Positions 60,220 to 64,000 of a DNA stretch of 64,000 bases are shown here, piece by piece. Under the pieces are notes generated by a model. It was given only the letters and a program-made list of their open reading frames with translations, did not search any database and was not told where the DNA came from. The translations under genes and the position numbers were made by a program. This DNA comes from Naegleria gruberi (lineage: Eukaryota). The DNA lies in assembly GCA_000004985.1 (NCBI GenBank), contig GG738912.1. The stretch is one strand, 5' to 3'. Within the stretch, counting starts at the first letter, position 1. Every line of letters starts with the position of its first letter.

Positions 60220-60372
60220 TTTTTTTAATTAAAAAATTAAACTTTCAAGTTCATTCAATCTAAATAATTCACTAACATGTACAATATTCATATTAAATTC
60301 ATAAAAGTATTTCAAATTACAAAATTTACAATTTTTGATTTTTGTAAAAGTTTGAAAAAGTTCAAAAAAAAA

Positions 60373-62463
60373 ATGATCAACAATAAATTGCTACGATTTG
60401 ACAAACTCTCGAGAAGCAGCAGATTTACCACTTGTTTCTCATCATCATCAACTTTATCAATATTTAAATATTCACCATTTCCGCACTCATCAAATAAATT
60501 AAAAAATAATTCGATTTTTCGTGATGATTCCAATTTGGGAAATTATAGAACGTTTAGCAAGAATTTGATGAATTGCAATAGTAATAATAATAATGGAACA
60601 ACAGTAGAGAAAGTAGAACGTAATTTTCACTTAAAAGAAGGAGGTGGAGTTCTCGGAATTGATTTAGGAACAACCAATAGTTGTGTGGCCATCATGGAAG
60701 GAAATCACTTGGATGCAGTTCATGTTCGAGTGTTGGAGAATGAATTGGGATTTAGAACGACTCCTTCGGTGGTTGCATTTGATTCTCAGGATAAATTGAT
60801 TGTTGGTGAGCCAGCCAAGAGGCAAGCCATCATGAATCCAAAGAATACTTTGCATGCTGTGAAGAGATTGATTGGATTGTCGTATGAGGATGCTAGGAAA
60901 AATGGCCATTCATTACCATTTGAGTTAGTTAGTGGAAAGAGAGGTCAGGTGGCTATTCGAATGGGAAATGGAAAGGAATTTTCTCCAACACAGATCAGTG
61001 CCTTCATTTTGCAACATATGAGGGATGTAGCTCAACAATATTTGGGACAGAGAATTGATAGGGCAGTAATTACAGTACCTGCCTATTTCAATGAGAATCA
61101 GAAACAGGCCACGATGGATGCTGGAATGATTGCTGGAATCACAGTGGAGAGAATTATCAATGAACCAACAGCTGCTGCTTTGGCTTATGGATTGGGAGGA
61201 AAGAGATTCTCCAATTTTGAAATTAATGATCGAGATGGAACTATCGTAGTATTTGATTTGGGAGGAGGAACTTTTGATGTGAGCATTTTGGAAATTAGTG
61301 GAGATGTTTTTCAAGTTGTTGCTACGAATGGAGATGCATTTTTGGGTGGTGAGGATTTTGATAATCGAATTCTTCAGTGGATTGTGAAAAAGTTCAAGGA
61401 AGAGCAAAAGGTAAACTTGGAAGAAGATCCATTGGCTTATCAGAGATTGAAAGAGGCTGCTGAGAAGGCCAAAATTGAACTTTCCTCAGTAATTTCTACA
61501 GAAATTAATTTGCCGTTCATTGGAAGAAATGCATTCGGACCTGTAAATTTGAAAATGACTTTGAAGAGAAGTGAATTCGAAACCATGTGTGCTGATTTAG
61601 TGGAACGAACCCTCAAACCAGTTCAGAAGTGCATGAAAGATGCTGGATTGAGGCCAAGCGACATTTCACAAGTGATTCTCGTAGGAGGAATGACCAGAAT
61701 GCCACTTATTGAGAAAATGGTTTCCTCCTATTTCCAACAAACTCCCAACAAGTCCGTAAACCCTGATGAAGCAGTTGCCATTGGAGCAGCCATTCAAGGA
61801 AGTATTTGTAGTGGCCAATTAGTAGAAACCAAACAGTCAATAATCTTGTTGGATGTTGTACCTCTTTCATTGGGTGTTGCCTTAGTGAACGATGTTTACA
61901 AGGTCATGATACCGAGAAATACTCAAGTTCCAGCTCGATTTGCTGATCATTTCACAACAATTAAGGACAATCAAACCAACATTCTAATTGACATTTACCA
62001 GGGAGAACGTGAACTGGCCTCCAAAAACAAAAACCTCGGTCAAATGGTCCTCAGTGGCATCCCACCAGCTCCTAAAGGTATTCCAAATATCAAGACCACA
62101 TTCTCCATCGATGTCAATGGTCTCCTATTCGTGGAATCCGAAGATATGGCCTCAGGAAGTCAAGTCAACATGTTTATCACCTCCCACAACTCTCTGACCA
62201 ATCAGGAAATTGAGGAAATGAGAAAATTAGCAGAACAATACAAATATCAAGATACTCAACAAGTGGAATGGAACGTTAAAAAGACAGAATCTGAGGAATT
62301 GATTCAAAAATGTGAAAATTCTCAACATGTTGCGAAAGATTCATCAAATGAAAAACAAGCAGAGTTGGGAGAAGCCATTCGTGAATTGAGACATAGTGTT
62401 TCCAATAGAGATTCTGCTAAATATACCTCCATTACAGATCTCTTAAAGAGAATGTCATTCTAA
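60373..62463 (+). CDS. Mitochondrial-type Hsp70 (DnaK family) with N-terminal presequence
   Basis: 'GIDLGTTNSCVAIMEG', 'IINEPTAAALAYGLG', 'DLGGGTFDVSILEI' and 'VILVGGMTRMP' are the DnaK/mtHsp70 signatures. The track ORF starts at ATG 60277; the ATG at 60373 'MINNKLLRFDKLSRSSRF' looks like the presequence start. Either is possible. Confidence 0.85.
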   Translation: MINNKLLRFDKLSRSSRFTTCFSSSSTLSIFKYSPFPHSSNKLKNNSIFRDDSNLGNYRTFSKNLMNCNSNNNNGTTVEKVERNFHLKEGGGVLGIDLGTTNSCVAIMEGNHLDAVHVRVLENELGFRTTPSVVAFDSQDKLIVGEPAKRQAIMNPKNTLHAVKRLIGLSYEDARKNGHSLPFELVSGKRGQVAIRMGNGKEFSPTQISAFILQHMRDVAQQYLGQRIDRAVITVPAYFNENQKQATMDAGMIAGITVERIINEPTAAALAYGLGGKRFSNFEINDRDGTIVVFDLGGGTFDVSILEISGDVFQVVATNGDAFLGGEDFDNRILQWIVKKFKEEQKVNLEEDPLAYQRLKEAAEKAKIELSSVISTEINLPFIGRNAFGPVNLKMTLKRSEFETMCADLVERTLKPVQKCMKDAGLRPSDISQVILVGGMTRMPLIEKMVSSYFQQTPNKSVNPDEAVAIGAAIQGSICSGQLVETKQSIILLDVVPLSLGVALVNDVYKVMIPRNTQVPARFADHFTTIKDNQTNILIDIYQGERELASKNKNLGQMVLSGIPPAPKGIPNIKTTFSIDVNGLLFVESEDMASGSQVNMFITSHNSLTNQEIEEMRKLAEQYKYQDTQQVEWNVKKTESEELIQKCENSQHVAKDSSNEKQAELGEAIRELRHSVSNRDSAKYTSITDLLKRMSF

Positions 62464-62581
62464 ACTCAATAAACTCTGTTGTGGCTTTCCAAAAACTTAC
62501 CAAATATTGTAAACATTTGTCAAAGATAGAGCATGTTGTCCTTTGGAAAGATAACTAAACTTGAATAAAAGATAAACTTTA

Positions 62582-63460
62582 CTATTCAAAAACTTTCTTT
62601 AACAGCAATGAAGAACCATCTGTCGAAGAATACATGATTGAATTCATCAATTCTCTCATTGAAGGAAGTTTCTGTGATGAATTCAATGATTGTTGATGTT
62701 GTAATTGTAGTTGTGTTTGATTAGCAAATGATTTGAATGGAACAATTTGATTAAATTGTGGCAAGTTATAGTGTACAGAATGTGTTGTATCGACAGAGGA
62801 GGTGGAATAATGAGTAAAGGTTTCAAATACATTATTCGAAGGAGGACATGTGCTTGGAGAAAACTTTCGTTTCTTTTGAGTTAAAGTTGGAGATGTAGAG
62901 GAGGCAGAATGAGAAGAAACAGCTGAGTAGGATTCGTTAGAGGAGTATGGTGAGGTAGAAGCACAGAGTCTTCTTTTTAGTGGATTAGTTTCGTGTTGAT
63001 CAATACTGTAATTCGAATAATGAGTATTCGAATAATCTTGAACAAATTTACATGTGGTATTAAGAGTATTTGGCATTGAATTGGAATTGCTATTTGAAAG
63101 TGTTGAAGATTTAGTTTGCTTTCTATCAATTTTGTATTGGTCAACTTGAAGCAATACTTCTGTAATTGTTGACTTTCGTTTCTTACATGTTTCGAATACA
63201 ACTCCTTCACTCTTCATTTCAATGATAGATTCATAGAGAGCAATCATACCGTTAGGAGAAAATTGTGTAAACTTTTCCTTTAGAATAATGTTCATTTGGT
63301 TTCTCTTTGCAGGATTAGTTTCGTATATTTCCTTCAACATGAAAAAGTACTTTTGATCCATGATTTCAATACTATGATACTTCTTTCTAATAGCACAGTG
63401 TTGAGTGTTGCACTTTAATTTCATAGAACGGTTATTCGAAACAATACGAAACCTTTCCAC
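62582..63460 (-). CDS. Hypothetical Ser/Thr-rich nuclear-type protein
   Basis: The track start at 63460 is GTG; the first ATG is ~63424 (MKLKCNTQHC...). It has a low-complexity S-rich middle and a 'KKRKF' NLS-like stretch. No domain recognised. Confidence 0.4.
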   Translation of the reverse strand: MERFRIVSNNRSMKLKCNTQHCAIRKKYHSIEIMDQKYFFMLKEIYETNPAKRNQMNIILKEKFTQFSPNGMIALYESIIEMKSEGVVFETCKKRKSTITEVLLQVDQYKIDRKQTKSSTLSNSNSNSMPNTLNTTCKFVQDYSNTHYSNYSIDQHETNPLKRRLCASTSPYSSNESYSAVSSHSASSTSPTLTQKKRKFSPSTCPPSNNVFETFTHYSTSSVDTTHSVHYNLPQFNQIVPFKSFANQTQLQLQHQQSLNSSQKLPSMRELMNSIMYSSTDGSSLLLKKVFE

Positions 63461-64000
63461 TTACCTTCAAGTGAGTCAAATAATGATATGGACATGTGGT
63501 TGGCATTGTTTAGTATTTGTTTTATGTTGTTTATTTGCCCACAATCTTCAACAGCATCTTTTCAATAATCTCGGCAGACCTTTAACTTCATGATTACTCA
63601 GTTTAGTCTAAGGTTTCGAATTAGGACTGAAAATGTGGTGACAAGAATTCTATTAACATCGTGAACAAGGCGTCAACGATTCAAAGGGCCCCTCTTAACA
63701 CTTCTCTAAAAGTTGAATAAAAATTAAAATGTGTCAATCAGTCACTTGTCGTGAATGAGAAGTATATAAAGAGAGAAAAGAATAAAAGAATGACTTGGCA
63801 ATAATGGATCTGTAATTTCATATTTGTATTTTTGAATTGTGCTCACTGTGCCTTTCGGCAGTATTGAGATGATTTCAGGTTTAGAATAACTAAAAGAAAG
63901 TTCAGTAACCGTGATGAAACTGTTTCAGTTAATATTTAAAAGTACGAAGAGCACAATCATGAAATAAAAAACGAAGGGTGCAACACAACTTGATGGAATA

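Noticed and set aside
63421-63530. Possible upstream exon 'MSISLFDSLE' + GTAAGT donor for gene 62582-63460
   Set aside because: No acceptor restores the frame, so the GTAAGT is probably coincidental.
63839-63870. U6 snRNA-like 5' end (GTGCTC...TTTCGGCAG)
   Set aside because: The invariant U6 ACAGAGA box and AGCA triad are absent downstream, so this is not U6.
1-64000. Prokaryotic defence systems, CRISPR arrays, operons, mobile elements with transposase/RT ORFs, tRNA genes
   Set aside because: None were found. The window is eukaryotic (spliceosomal introns, 5S with Pol III terminator, TATA box). No direct-repeat/spacer arrays and no transposase- or integrase-like ORFs are present. Scans of intergenic DNA for GTTCGA/T-loop-containing cloverleaves found nothing.

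Overview
This window is AT-rich eukaryotic nuclear DNA (roughly 65-70% AT, standard genetic code). It is not prokaryotic: genes are monocistronic, lie on both strands, and several carry short spliceosomal introns (36-160 nt, donor GTAAGT/GTATGT, acceptor YAG). A 50-N run at 35736-35785 marks a draft-assembly gap. The gene content (many EGF/NHL giant surface proteins, PAS-linked receptor adenylyl/guanylyl cyclase, cytochrome P450, cryptochrome/photolyase, mostly intron-poor genes with very short introns, about 33-35% GC) is most consistent with a free-living heterolobosean amoeboflagellate such as Naegleria. I cannot verify the organism without a database search. I count about 22 protein-coding genes and one 5S rRNA gene; no CRISPR arrays, transposon ORFs or tRNAs were found. 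The dominant feature is a local cluster of three paralogous, very large (5-14 kb) type-I receptor-like genes. Their architecture is: signal peptide, NHL/beta-propeller repeats, tenascin-type EGF arrays and/or CxxDxDC Cys-rich repeats, a heavily N-glycosylated stalk, a PKD/REJ-like module, a GPS-like C-x-C-x-R-F-T motif, one TM helix, and a cytoplasmic tail. These genes are interleaved with sensory and signalling genes (7TM protein with RGS-like tail, PAS-cyclase, P450). The six-frame ORF track fragments several of these genes; I rejoined the fragments by reading the splice sites directly. The remaining genes include an SDR, an F-box protein, a GST with a 10-codon first exon, a BAP31-like protein, a GPI-type small Cys-rich protein, a CHMP2/Vps2 ESCRT-III subunit, a KH+Smr protein, a Zn2Cys6 (GAL4-type) factor split by an intron, an actin-related protein and mitochondrial-type Hsp70. 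All coordinates are read by eye and may be off by 1-2 nt.
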